DNA of 64,000 bases from Acidimicrobiia bacterium. GTDB lineage: Bacteria > Actinomycetota > Acidimicrobiia > Spongiisociales > ZC4RG35. The stretch spans positions 608,001 through 672,000 of the forward strand of contig OZ244034.1 of the NCBI GenBank assembly GCA_965215185.1, written 5' to 3'. Positions 1 to 11,716 of this stretch are shown one piece after another; within the stretch, counting starts at the first letter, position 1; the number at the start of each line of letters is the position of its first letter. Below the pieces are notes generated by a model. That model made no database searches and was not told the DNA's origin. It worked only from the letters and a program-made list of their open reading frames with translations. Position numbers and translations under genes: made by a program.

Positions 1-78
1 ATCCTTACTATCGGTTCGGGTTGGAATTACCTGGTCGCCTATTGGAGCACCATCAGTTGGAAGGGATCATCCTCCTGA
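1..78 (+). CDS. 3' end of a gene truncated by the window edge, possibly a CDP-alcohol phosphatidyltransferase (PgsA-like) C-terminus
   Basis: Frame 1 reads ILTIGSGWNYLVAYWSTISWKGSSS*, resembling the PgsA 'LTxxSGxxY' C-terminal helix; only 25 codons visible. Confidence 0.35.
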   Translation: MLTIGSGWNYLVAYWSTISWKGSSS

Positions 79-94
79 AAGGCCCATCCGGATC

Positions 95-1075
95 GTGACC
101 ACCCTCATCACCGGCGCCACGGGGGTGGTGGGTGGGGCGGTGCTCCGTCATCTATCACAACAAGATGATGACCTTCGAGCTTTGGTGCGTTCCGAACCGG
201 GAGCGGCTGCGGTGGCGCGGTGGGGGGCCGTGCCTTTCCGAGGGGATGTCACCGATCCCTCCACATTGTCGGGGGCAATGGAGGGGATCGATCTGGTCTA
301 TCACGTGGCCGGACTCAACCTCATGTGTCCCCGTAGACCGGAGAGGCTGATCGAAGTAAACGTGGACGGGGCGGTGAATGTCATGCGGGCCGCCCGACAG
401 GCCGGGGTCCGGCGGGTGGTGTTCACCTCTTCGGCGGCGGTGATCGGTGAACGCCGTGGTGAGGTCGGAGACGAGGCATCTATCCACCGGGGTCACTATC
501 TGTCCCACTACGACCGCTCCAAACATCTCGGAGAGCAGGCCGTACTGGCCGAGGCGGGAGACATGGAAGTGGTAATGGTAAACCCCTCCTCGGTGCAAGG
601 GCCAGGCCGCACCACAGGGACGGGAAAACTGATCCTCGACGTGGTGAACGGAAGGCTTCCGGTGATGGTCGACACCTGGGTGAGCATCGTGGACATCGAC
701 GACTGTGCCCGAGGGCATCTGTTGGCGGCTTCCCAGGGTCGGCCGGGCCGCCGTTATGTGCTCAACTCTTTCAGCTTGCGGATCCGGCGGGCATTGGAAA
801 TCCTGGAGGAACAACTGGACCGTCCGTTGCGGGTGCGTTATCTGCCGCCCTCGGTGGCTTTCACGGCCGCCGCGGTTGTGGAGGGTATATCGAGATTGCG
901 CGGCCGTCGCCCGCCCTTTTGCCGGGAGATAGTGCGCACGATTAGCCACGGCCACCGCTACGACGGGAGCCGCGCCGTCCGAGAACTGGGGATGTCCTAT
1001 ATCGGAGCGGAGAACTTTCTGAAGAAACTGGTGGCCTGGTATCAGGAAGAGGGACTGATCCGGCCCTCTTCCTAG
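95..1075 (+). CDS. NAD-dependent epimerase/dehydratase (HpnA/dihydroflavonol-reductase-like extended SDR)
   Basis: TGATGVVG Rossmann motif, HVAG, TSS, YxxxK (YDRSK), VDIDDCARGH. Confidence 0.85.
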   Translation: MTTLITGATGVVGGAVLRHLSQQDDDLRALVRSEPGAAAVARWGAVPFRGDVTDPSTLSGAMEGIDLVYHVAGLNLMCPRRPERLIEVNVDGAVNVMRAARQAGVRRVVFTSSAAVIGERRGEVGDEASIHRGHYLSHYDRSKHLGEQAVLAEAGDMEVVMVNPSSVQGPGRTTGTGKLILDVVNGRLPVMVDTWVSIVDIDDCARGHLLAASQGRPGRRYVLNSFSLRIRRALEILEEQLDRPLRVRYLPPSVAFTAAAVVEGISRLRGRRPPFCREIVRTISHGHRYDGSRAVRELGMSYIGAENFLKKLVAWYQEEGLIRPSS

Positions 1076-1098
1076 AAGCGGATCTACCCTATAATTCT

Positions 1099-4000
1099 TT
1101 GAGCTTGGCATCGCCGCCGCTTTCAGTTCTGGTAGAAAGATGGCTTCCGGCCCGTTTCCCGTCACCCCCGGGACGCTGGGCGGTGGCCCCAGAAGGACGC
1201 GCCATAGCGCTCTCGGCGTTAGCCCGCCGCTCCCAACCGTTGGTGGTGGTGGTCGCCGAGGAGCGGGAGGCCGAAGAGCTGGCCGACGACATCTCGCTGT
1301 TTTGCAATGGAGTCATGTTGGCGCCAGCCTGGGAAACCCTTCCTTTCGAACGTCTGTCTCCCAACCTGGCGACCATGTCCCGTCGTTGTCGTATCCTCCA
1401 CGCCCTTTCCAACCCGGCGCCGGGCATGGTGGTGGTGGCTTCCGTCCGGGCCGCAACCCAACGGCTTAGCCCCTCCGATCCCTCCCCGCTGGTCATCTCC
1501 CGCGGACAGTCGATCACCCTGCAACAACTGGTCACTACCCTCGCCTCCTTGGGTTTCGAAAGGGTTTCCCAGGTAGAGGCCCCGGGGGAGATGGCCGTAC
1601 GCGGTGGCATCGTGGACGTATACCCCGGGGCAGCAGGACGGCCGACCAGGCTCGACTTCTGGGGAGATGAAGTCGAGGAGATCAGGTTCTTTTCTCCTGC
1701 CACCCAGCGATCGGATGAACACGGCGAGCGGGCGGTTTTCTACCCGGTGCGAGAATTCCGTCCGGATGCGACGGTGGCGTCAGGGGCCGCCGAACTTCTG
1801 TCCACTGATGCCTGGGCGGCGGACCGATGGGAACTCTTGGCGCAGGGCCAGATGTTCGAGGGCATGGAATCGTGGATGCCGTGGATGGCGCCCCCACTGT
1901 GCCTGCTGGATCGAGTGGGCTCGCAAGCGCGGGTGGTGGTGGCGGATCCGGTGCGGGCGATTGGCCAGGCTCGTCACCTGCTAGCCGAAGAAGAAGAGAT
2001 GGCGAAAGCGCTTTCCAATACCCGGAAGGCCACTGCGCAGATAGCCGACCATGCCCGGCTCTATCAGTCGCTCGAAGAAGCGTTGGAGCACCGATCTGTG
2101 CTGGAGATGCCGTCGGTGCCGATCAGTCCAGCTGACGAGGTCCTGGTGGTGCGGGGCATCGGGGTTACCCCCGGGGACGGCTCCTCGATCGCCTCGGCGC
2201 TTTCGGGGCTGCGTTCCAAAGGGGTAAGAGTGGTTGTGGCTGTGGAGGGGGAGGCCGCGGCCGACCGGTGGAGCAGAGTCTTGGCGGAGGAGGGAATAGC
2301 CATTCCTCACCGAGAGAATCTCACCGATGAGGGGGCGGTGATCATCCCTCGTGGCATACGCAAGGGCTTTGTCTTGGAGACGCCTCCGGTGGCGGTGGTG
2401 GGCGAAGGGGAATTGGCTGGGCGACATAGGGCGCATCGCCCGCCCCCCAGGAAGTCGAAGAGCACGGTCGGCACCCGTGACCTGGCGCCGGGTGACTATG
2501 TGGTTCACTACCAACACGGGATTGGGAGGTTCGAGGGGTTGGTCTCCGAAGTGATGGCCGGAGTGGAAAGGGATTATCTGCTGGTGGCCTACGCGGGCCA
2601 TGACCGTCTGTACGTGCCGGTTGACCAACTTGCCCTGATCACTCGTTATACCGGGGGAGAGGCGCCTCGGCTCTCCCGTATGGGAGGCAGGGATTGGGCG
2701 GCCACCCGGGAGCGAGTGAGAAACGAGGTGGCGTTGGTGGCTGAAGAGGTCGTGGCTCTGCACCGCGCCCGGTCGGCCTCGCCCGGATTTTCCTTCTTGC
2801 CGGACACGCCGTGGCAGCAGGAGATGGAAGCCGCTTTTCCCTACGAGGAGACTTCTGACCAGAAAGAGGCGATAGCCGATGTCAAGGCCGACATGGAGTC
2901 GGACCGCCCAATGGACCGGCTGATCTTCGGAGATGTGGGGTTCGGCAAGACCGAGGTGGGGGTGCGGGCGGCGTTCAAAGCGGTGATGGACAAAAAGCAG
3001 GTGGCGGTGCTGTGTCCCACCACCATTCTGGCACAGCAGCATCATCAGACCTTCTTGGACCGACTCGCTCCACACGGTGTTGAAGTTGCTGTCTTGTCCC
3101 GTTTCTTGACCCCCGCTCAGGCGCGCAAGGTCGTGAAGAGGCTGGGGACGGGAGAAGTGGATGTGGTGATCGGAACTCACCGGTTGCTATCCAAGGATGT
3201 GAGGTTTCGTGACCTCGGGTTATTGGTCGTGGACGAGGAGCAGCGTTTCGGGGTGGCCGCCAAGGATGCCCTACGGCGTATGAAGGTGGGGGTGGATGTT
3301 CTCACTCTCACCGCCACTCCCATCCCCCGCACTCTGGAGATGGCCCTCACCGGCATCCGAGACGTTTCCCACATCAGGACTCCTCCCCAGGGACGGCGGC
3401 CCATTCTCACCTATGTGGGTCCCTACGACGAACAGACGGTCTCGATGGCCATCCGGCGCGAGTTGCTGCGCGAGGGTCAAGTGTTCTACGTGCACAACCG
3501 GGTGCTATCCATACACCACGCGGTCGCCAGACTGGCCGATTTGGCGCCAAGGGCCCGATTCGCGGTGGCGCACGGTCAGATGTCGGAGTCACAGTTGGAA
3601 CAGGTGATGATCGACTACTGGAACCGACGTTACGACGTGTTGGTGTCCACCACTATCATCGAATCCGGTCTCGATCTGCCCCGGGTCAACACTTTGATCG
3701 TGGAGCGGGCCGACCGGATCGGACTGGCGCAACTCTATCAACTGCGCGGCCGGGTGGGAAGGTCCCATCAGCGAGCCTACGCCTATCTCCTCCACCCGGT
3801 CGACCAGGTGCTTCCCGAGTCGGCACACCGTCGTCTGCAGGCCATCGGTCGGGCCACCGATTTCGGGGCGGGGTTCGATGTCGCCTTCCGGGATCTGGAG
3901 ATCAGGGGGGCGGGGTCCATACTCAGCAAGGTGCAGTCGGGTCATTTGCAGGCGGTGGGATTGGATCTTTACACCGAACTGGTGGCCGACGCGGTGGGCG

Positions 4001-4515
4001 CCCTGGAGGGAAAGCCGGCCACTCGGACGTCGGATGCTCCATCGGTGAGGATCGACTTGAGGGTGGACGCCCACCTTCCCGACGATTATCTCTCCGACCA
4101 GGCATTGCGGTTGGAGGCATACCGTCGCCTGGCGTCCTCCCACACCCACGCTGATGTGCAGGAGGTGGCGGAAGGATGGGTGGACCGATTCGGTCCCCTC
4201 CCGCCTCAGGCCCAGGCGCTGGTTCAGGTCGCTGACCTGCGAGCTGAGTGTTTTCGGGTGGGTATCGGCGAGGTGATGGCGATCCGCAACGAGGTGCGCG
4301 TTTCCGGCGTAAATTTGCGGGAATCCCAACGGGTGAGAGCGCAGCGACTGGCGCCGGGATCTTTCTATCAGTCGAACACACGCTCTCTTTTCATTCCCGC
4401 CCCACGGCCGGTTTTGGCGGGGCTTTTGGACTTCATTGGCAGGATGTGGCCACCAGAAGCCGAGGGGACGATGCGGCGGAAGGCTTCTGAAGCGGCTATA
4501 CCCTTTAGGGGATGA
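1099..4515 (+). CDS. mfd: Transcription-repair coupling factor
   Basis: UvrB-homology region (GEMAVRGGIVDVY), RID (GDYVVHYQHGIG), GDVGFGKTEV, DEEQRFG, TATPIPRT, QLRGRVGR, TRG motif DLEIRGAG, C-terminal TRCF domain. Confidence 0.97.
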   Translation: MSLASPPLSVLVERWLPARFPSPPGRWAVAPEGRAIALSALARRSQPLVVVVAEEREAEELADDISLFCNGVMLAPAWETLPFERLSPNLATMSRRCRILHALSNPAPGMVVVASVRAATQRLSPSDPSPLVISRGQSITLQQLVTTLASLGFERVSQVEAPGEMAVRGGIVDVYPGAAGRPTRLDFWGDEVEEIRFFSPATQRSDEHGERAVFYPVREFRPDATVASGAAELLSTDAWAADRWELLAQGQMFEGMESWMPWMAPPLCLLDRVGSQARVVVADPVRAIGQARHLLAEEEEMAKALSNTRKATAQIADHARLYQSLEEALEHRSVLEMPSVPISPADEVLVVRGIGVTPGDGSSIASALSGLRSKGVRVVVAVEGEAAADRWSRVLAEEGIAIPHRENLTDEGAVIIPRGIRKGFVLETPPVAVVGEGELAGRHRAHRPPPRKSKSTVGTRDLAPGDYVVHYQHGIGRFEGLVSEVMAGVERDYLLVAYAGHDRLYVPVDQLALITRYTGGEAPRLSRMGGRDWAATRERVRNEVALVAEEVVALHRARSASPGFSFLPDTPWQQEMEAAFPYEETSDQKEAIADVKADMESDRPMDRLIFGDVGFGKTEVGVRAAFKAVMDKKQVAVLCPTTILAQQHHQTFLDRLAPHGVEVAVLSRFLTPAQARKVVKRLGTGEVDVVIGTHRLLSKDVRFRDLGLLVVDEEQRFGVAAKDALRRMKVGVDVLTLTATPIPRTLEMALTGIRDVSHIRTPPQGRRPILTYVGPYDEQTVSMAIRRELLREGQVFYVHNRVLSIHHAVARLADLAPRARFAVAHGQMSESQLEQVMIDYWNRRYDVLVSTTIIESGLDLPRVNTLIVERADRIGLAQLYQLRGRVGRSHQRAYAYLLHPVDQVLPESAHRRLQAIGRATDFGAGFDVAFRDLEIRGAGSILSKVQSGHLQAVGLDLYTELVADAVGALEGKPATRTSDAPSVRIDLRVDAHLPDDYLSDQALRLEAYRRLASSHTHADVQEVAEGWVDRFGPLPPQAQALVQVADLRAECFRVGIGEVMAIRNEVRVSGVNLRESQRVRAQRLAPGSFYQSNTRSLFIPAPRPVLAGLLDFIGRMWPPEAEGTMRRKASEAAIPFRG

Positions 4516-5474
4516 TTCGCATTTGTTCCATGGGATGGAAAGGCCGCTTGGGGCTTTTGTGTCTGACTGTTTTGTTGGCGGCGGGGGCCTGTGCAAGCGA
4601 CGGGGATTTGGTGGCCACCGTCAATGGGGTGGATATCTACATGGCCGAACTCGAAGATGCCGCCTCCGACGAGGGGGAGGTCGTGGAGCGGGTTGCGTTC
4701 GAGGATCGACTGCTGAGCATGGTCATTACCCAGGTGCTGCTAACCAAGGCACTGGAGGAGTTCGGAATCGATACGGAAGAAGACCCCTTCCAAGCAGCCG
4801 TTGAAGAGGAATACCAGGCCCTGAGGGCCCAGGCTACGTCCGTAGACCCGGACTATGAGGCTTTTTTGGCTTCACAGGGTATCACCGACGAGCGGGTGCG
4901 GTTGGTGGCCACCCAGCGGGTGGTTGTCAATGGGGTGCGTGATGAATTGATCAAGGACACGCCGCAGATGACTCCCGAAGAAGTGGAGGCCGTTTTCGAG
5001 TCGAGCCGGGTGCGGCTCACCGAAAATGTGTGCGCCACCCATGTGCTTTTGGAGACCCGAGAGCAAGCCGAGGCGGTTCTGGAAAGGGCCGAGGCCGGAG
5101 AGTCGATCTCAGACCTGGCCAGAGAACTTTCGATCGAGCCCAGCGCCTCGGAGACCGGAGGCGATCTGGGGTGTCTTCCCGCCAGTACCTATGTCGAAGA
5201 ATTTGCAGAGGCGGTGGTGAAGGCCGAGTTGATGGTGCCCTATGGTCCGGTGGAGTCCCAGTTTGGCCACCATGTCATCTTGGTGACAGACAGGACCGAT
5301 CCTCTCTTGGCCGATCACGAGGAGGGGATTCGCGCCGAGAACGCCACCCGCCTGGAGGGTGAGGTTATCGAGGAATGGTTCCTTCGAGTAGCGGCGGAGT
5401 CGGACGTACAGGTCGAGCCTCAGTACGGGACATGGACAACCCAGCCCACCCCTCGGATTATCCCCCCCGTCTGA
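4512..5474 (+). CDS. PrsA/SurA-like parvulin peptidyl-prolyl isomerase (lipoprotein foldase)
   Basis: Lipobox-like AGAC, VATVNG N-domain, HVLL, GGDLG, PVESQFGHHVI; ATGA overlap with mfd. Confidence 0.88.
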   Translation: MIRICSMGWKGRLGLLCLTVLLAAGACASDGDLVATVNGVDIYMAELEDAASDEGEVVERVAFEDRLLSMVITQVLLTKALEEFGIDTEEDPFQAAVEEEYQALRAQATSVDPDYEAFLASQGITDERVRLVATQRVVVNGVRDELIKDTPQMTPEEVEAVFESSRVRLTENVCATHVLLETREQAEAVLERAEAGESISDLARELSIEPSASETGGDLGCLPASTYVEEFAEAVVKAELMVPYGPVESQFGHHVILVTDRTDPLLADHEEGIRAENATRLEGEVIEEWFLRVAAESDVQVEPQYGTWTTQPTPRIIPPV

Positions 5475-6973
5475 ACCTGGCGGTAGTGGGGTTGGGCCCC
5501 GGCGGTCTCGACCGGGTCCCCTCCTCCACCATGGCGATACTCTGCGATCCCCGGCGCCGGGTGATAGTTCGTACCAAAGAGCACCCGGCCGCCCGAGAAT
5601 TGGCCGCCCAACGTCCAGTTAAGGACTGCGACGACCTCTATGCGGCCGGTGAAGACTTCGAGGCGGTATACCGGGCGATCGCCTCTCGGGTGGTGGAGAC
5701 AGCCAGCTCGCACCCTGTGGTGTACGCCACGCCCGGAAGTCCTCTGGTGGGGGAGAGGGCGGCGGGGATGATTCTCTCCCTGGCTAGGAGCAAGGGCATC
5801 GAGACAGCCGTTTACCCCGCCGAATCTTTTCTGGACGTAGCTCTGACCGAACTGAGAATAGACCCTCTCGATCGGAGCCTGACGGTGCTCAACGCCCACC
5901 GGCTCCCTTCCCCGCTTCTACTGCGTGGCCCCACTTTGGTGGGAGCCCTCGACACACCCGCCGGACTTGCCGACTTTTGCGGGTTGCTCACTCGGCTTTA
6001 CCCCAAAGGACCCGAAGTGGTGGTGCTGATCGACCTGGGCGCTCCCCAGGCGAGGGTGGTGCGTTGCGATGCTGAAGAAGTGGATCCGATGCTGGCCGGA
6101 CCCCGCACCTCGGTGTATGTCGACGCCCCCCCGGTTGGCTTGGCCGGGGCGGTGGCGGTGATGGAGCGTCTTCGCTCTGAGTGTCCCTGGGATCGTCGAC
6201 AAACCCATCACAGCCTGGTCAAGAACCTGATTGAGGAGACCTACGAACTGGTGGAAGCCCTGGCTGCCCTGCCACCGGATGCGGGTGTCCAGGGCGGCGG
6301 GCAGCCGGATGAACAGCCGGATTGGATGGCCTTTTCGGGCGTGTCCGAGGAGTTGGGTGATGTGCTCCTCCAAGTGCTCTTCCATGCGGTGATCGCCCAG
6401 GAAACCGGGATTTTTGACATAGAGGACGTCGCCGAGGGGCTTCGGCAGAAACTGATACGCAGACACCCCCATGTTTTCGCCGGTGTGCAGGTGGACAGCG
6501 CCGAGCAGGTGAAGGTTAATTGGGAACGTATCAAACAACAGGAAAAACCTTCCGAGGAGGGCGCCTCCCTGCTCGACGGGGTGCCTCTTGCCATGCCGGC
6601 CCTGGCTCGGGCAGCCAAGATCCAGCGCCGCGCTGCGCAGGTGGGGTTCGATTGGACCGAAGTTGGGCCGGTGGTGGAGAAGATCGCCGAGGAGGTCGAA
6701 GAGTTGCGAGCGGCGCTGTCAGATCGAGAATCCGTGCAGGCAGAGTTGGGGGACCTGCTGTTCGCGGCGGTCAATCTGGCCCGACACGTCGCAGTCGACC
6801 CCGAGACGGCGCTTCGGCGCGCCACCGCCAGATTCACATATCGCTTCCAATGGATGGAAGAGGAAGGGCCACTGGATGGCTTGAGCAACGACCAACTGGA
6901 AGAACGTTGGGAGCGGGCCAAGCGCTACGAAGCGGAGAGCAAAGGTTGGCCGGGAACCGGCCAAATTCATTGA
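5471..6973 (+). CDS. mazG: MazG nucleoside triphosphate pyrophosphohydrolase with N-terminal tetrapyrrole-methylase-like domain (YabN type)
   Basis: VVGLGPG and PGSPLVGE N-domain; CPWDRRQTH, EETYE, EELGDVLLQVLFH, RRHPHVF, ELGDLLFA. Start uncertain: CTG at 5471 overlapping the upstream stop, or ATG at 5432. Confidence 0.92.
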   Translation: MNLAVVGLGPGGLDRVPSSTMAILCDPRRRVIVRTKEHPAARELAAQRPVKDCDDLYAAGEDFEAVYRAIASRVVETASSHPVVYATPGSPLVGERAAGMILSLARSKGIETAVYPAESFLDVALTELRIDPLDRSLTVLNAHRLPSPLLLRGPTLVGALDTPAGLADFCGLLTRLYPKGPEVVVLIDLGAPQARVVRCDAEEVDPMLAGPRTSVYVDAPPVGLAGAVAVMERLRSECPWDRRQTHHSLVKNLIEETYELVEALAALPPDAGVQGGGQPDEQPDWMAFSGVSEELGDVLLQVLFHAVIAQETGIFDIEDVAEGLRQKLIRRHPHVFAGVQVDSAEQVKVNWERIKQQEKPSEEGASLLDGVPLAMPALARAAKIQRRAAQVGFDWTEVGPVVEKIAEEVEELRAALSDRESVQAELGDLLFAAVNLARHVAVDPETALRRATARFTYRFQWMEEEGPLDGLSNDQLEERWERAKRYEAESKGWPGTGQIH

Positions 6974-6989
6974 AGAGGTCGCTGAGGCG

Positions 6990-7979
6990 TCACTCAGGTA
7001 GGTCCAGTTGGCCGAAGCTGTTGCTGCCCCAGCACACGGCGGTACCGTCATTCTTTATTCCACAGGAGTGACGATCCCCGGCGGAGATGGCTTGATAGTG
7101 ACCTTCAGGTACGTCCAATTGGCCTTGTTGATTCGATCCCCAGCAGACGGCGCCGCCATCGGTTCTGATTGCGCATGAATGCGTGTAGCCATCGGAGATC
7201 TGCGTATACGTTCCATCGGGGACATCCAAAAGACCCCAGTAGTTTTTTCCCCAGCACACGGCCCTACCATCGGTTTTGATCCCACAGGAGTGAAAAAACC
7301 CGGCTGAGATGTCTATGAATTCGCCTTCGGGGATATTCAACCTGCCCAGATAATTGGATCCCCAACAGACGGCCGCGCCATCGGTCTTTATCCCACAAGC
7401 CTGACCGGTACCCACCGAGATGGTCTGGTAGTCGCCTTCGGGGACATTCAACCGTCCATAGTATTGATCTCCCCAACACAGAGCGGTGCCATCGGTCTTG
7501 ACCCCGCAAGCATGAAGGGGGCCGACCGAGATGGTCCGGAATGTGCCATCGGGGATATCCAACTCTCCGTTATGGTTATCTCCCCAACAGACGGCCGCGC
7601 CATCGGTCTTTATCCCACAGGAATGTCGACCCTCTGCAAACACGGTTCGGTATTCACCCGCAGGGACTTCCAGTTCTCCGCTGTGGTTCGACCCCCAGCA
7701 CACCGCGGCCCCGTCGGCTCTTGTCCCACAGGAATGCTCACTACCTGCAGAAATCTCCACATAGACGTTGGCTCCCAAGGTGGTGTAAGTTGTGGTTGGA
7801 TTCCTCGTGGTTGTTGAACTGGCGGCGGCGGTGGCGCTTGTTGGCATGGCGGTAGGAGAGGCCATTGCCGTTGTGACGGTTGTGGTGGCTGGCGCCTGCC
7901 CACAAGCAGACCAAAAAACCGCACCGACGATCATCCAACGGCCCACCCTCCAGCGGGGTTTATGTTTCCAAGGGCGCAT
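6990..7979 (-). CDS. RCC1/BLIP-II-type repeat lipoprotein (7 x 37-aa repeats) with Thr/Ala-rich linker
   Basis: Seven repeats of ISxG..HSCGIKTDGxAVCWGxNxxGxLDVPEG; hydrophobic N-terminus ending SACG; start chosen at ATG 7979 (the ORF track extends to 8153). Confidence 0.85.
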   Translation of the reverse strand: MRPWKHKPRWRVGRWMIVGAVFWSACGQAPATTTVTTAMASPTAMPTSATAAASSTTTRNPTTTYTTLGANVYVEISAGSEHSCGTRADGAAVCWGSNHSGELEVPAGEYRTVFAEGRHSCGIKTDGAAVCWGDNHNGELDIPDGTFRTISVGPLHACGVKTDGTALCWGDQYYGRLNVPEGDYQTISVGTGQACGIKTDGAAVCWGSNYLGRLNIPEGEFIDISAGFFHSCGIKTDGRAVCWGKNYWGLLDVPDGTYTQISDGYTHSCAIRTDGGAVCWGSNQQGQLDVPEGHYQAISAGDRHSCGIKNDGTAVCWGSNSFGQLDLPE

Positions 7980-8030
7980 CACGTGTATGAACTTTCGAGC
8001 CAGACGTTGCTGTGCGGTGTTTTCCATTGA

Positions 8031-10017
<1,987 letters not shown>

Positions 10018-10018
<1 letters not shown>

Positions 10019-10557
10019 TGGGCTCCGATCTGAAACGCCAGAATATCCGCCAAGTGGTTGCCTTGCAGATCGGTCGGCCTCCCCGATCCGACTCTAGAGT
10101 GATATCAGTTTGCCATTTGGGTTTGCCGGTGGTGGTGCAGACCCCACCGATTCTGGATGATGGCACTCCATTCCCCACCCGCTACTGGTTGTCCTGTCCC
10201 TTGGCGGTGAAAAGAATCTCTCGAATCGAGGCGGAAGGAGGGGTGAAGAAGATGGACGCCCGGGCGGAGTGGGACGCGGCCTTCTCCGCCCGCCTGAAGA
10301 CCGCCCATCTGCGTTACGCGGATCAGCGGGACTCTGACCTTCCCGCCACCGCTCGATACCGGCCTTCGGGCGGGGTGGCAGGTTCCCACCGGGGCGTTAA
10401 GTGCCTCCATGCCCATTTCGCCGACCATCGGGCCGGAAATGACAATCCAGTGGGGGAGTGGGCGGCGCCGCAGGTCCAACCGTTGGATTGCGTCGAACCT
10501 TGTGTATTGATCCTCCCCGATGGGCCGGTGCCCAACCCGGATTGGAGAGAGCCTTGA
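10018..10557 (+). CDS. DUF501 family protein (Rv1025-like)
   Basis: GTPFPTRYWLSCP, GGVAG..VKCLHAH; conserved eno-ftsB-DUF501-ppx order. Confidence 0.92.
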
Positions 10558-11435
10558 TCAAAGGGGCAGTGGACATCGGGACCAACTCGACGCGCCTGTT
10601 GATGGTTTCCGGGGAGGGGGAGGTGGGACGTTGGCAGACCGTCACCGGGTTGGGAAGGGGCCTCGGCGAGCGGGGTCTTCTTACCGAAGAGTCGATGGCT
10701 CGCACCCTGGCGGCGCTGGAGCAGTATGGGAAATTGATGTCTGACCGGGAGGTGAAAGCCCGGCGAGCGGTAGCTACTTCGGCGGTGCGGGACGCCGCGA
10801 ACCGGGTTGCGTTCCTGGATAGAGCGGAGAAAGCTCTGGGGGTCAGGCCGGAGAACATTTCCGGGGAGGAGGAAGCCCGCCTGTCCTTTACCGGAGCTGT
10901 TTCGGAATTATCTGCTACAGAGAACTGCATGGTGGTGGATATCGGCGGTGGCTCCACCGAGTTCGTCTGGCGCAATCGCCAAGGGGTGACCGAAGGGGTG
11001 AGTCTCGATATTGGTACAGTACGCATGACCGAGACGGTGTTGCCCGACCGTCCGCCCTCGCCCATGCAGATAAGACGGGCCTTTGACCAGGCCGCGAAGA
11101 TGATGGCGGAAGTTAGCCTTCCTCTTCGCTCCAAGGTGGTGGGCGTGGCCGGTACTTGGACAAGCTTGGCGGCGATTGGACTACGCCTGCAGACCTACGA
11201 CCGCCATCGAGTGCACCACTGCACTATGACATCGGCCCAGTTGGCCATACTGTTGTCGGATTTGGCTCGGTTGACCGTCGCCGAGACAGTTGCCTTACCT
11301 TCCTTGGAGCCAGCCCGAGCGCCGATGATCCTGGCTGGGGCGGTGATAGCTCACGAGGCCTTGCGCCGCCTGGCCTGCACCGAGATACTGATCTCCGAAT
11401 CCGATCTGCTGGACGGGATAATCGCATTCCTTTAG
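10554..11435 (+). CDS. ppx: Ppx/GppA exopolyphosphatase (Ppx2-like)
   Basis: DIGTNSTRL, ATSAVRDA, SGEEEA, DIGGGSTE; TTG start overlapping the DUF501 stop (TTGA). Confidence 0.92.
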   Translation: MIKGAVDIGTNSTRLLMVSGEGEVGRWQTVTGLGRGLGERGLLTEESMARTLAALEQYGKLMSDREVKARRAVATSAVRDAANRVAFLDRAEKALGVRPENISGEEEARLSFTGAVSELSATENCMVVDIGGGSTEFVWRNRQGVTEGVSLDIGTVRMTETVLPDRPPSPMQIRRAFDQAAKMMAEVSLPLRSKVVGVAGTWTSLAAIGLRLQTYDRHRVHHCTMTSAQLAILLSDLARLTVAETVALPSLEPARAPMILAGAVIAHEALRRLACTEILISESDLLDGIIAFL

Positions 11436-11463
11436 TGGGGCCAGATGTTTGATGAGTGGTCCT

Positions 11464-11712
11464 TCAGTCGTTGGATTGGATAGCCGACCGATCTGCCAGC
11501 GTCTTGGGAGCAAGGATCGGAATGAAAAGAGCAGAGGCCAGGACAAGTAAGTCTTTGTCACCTGTCACCATTGCATCAGTCGGTCCGGCCAGCGCCAATT
11601 CCAATAGTGGGCGATCAATAGGGATCCCGGCACTCCGGGACAGGTGGCGACGCGGCGACTTCTGGCAGGCAGGGTATCTTCGTTGTTGTCGGAACAGATT
11701 TGAACTTTGGGG
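11464..11712 (-). pseudogene. Relic of a PIN-family putative toxin (C-terminal half, frameshifted)
   Basis: Minus strand reads PKFK...PPVPECRDP, then after a 1-nt shift at about 11620 IDRPLLELALAGPTDAMVTGDKDLLVLASALFIPILAPKTL, matching the PIN_3 pattern CRDPxD..FLELA.AG.AD.LVTGDKDLL; no start codon or N-terminal half. Confidence 0.75.
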
Positions 11713-11716
11713 GCTT

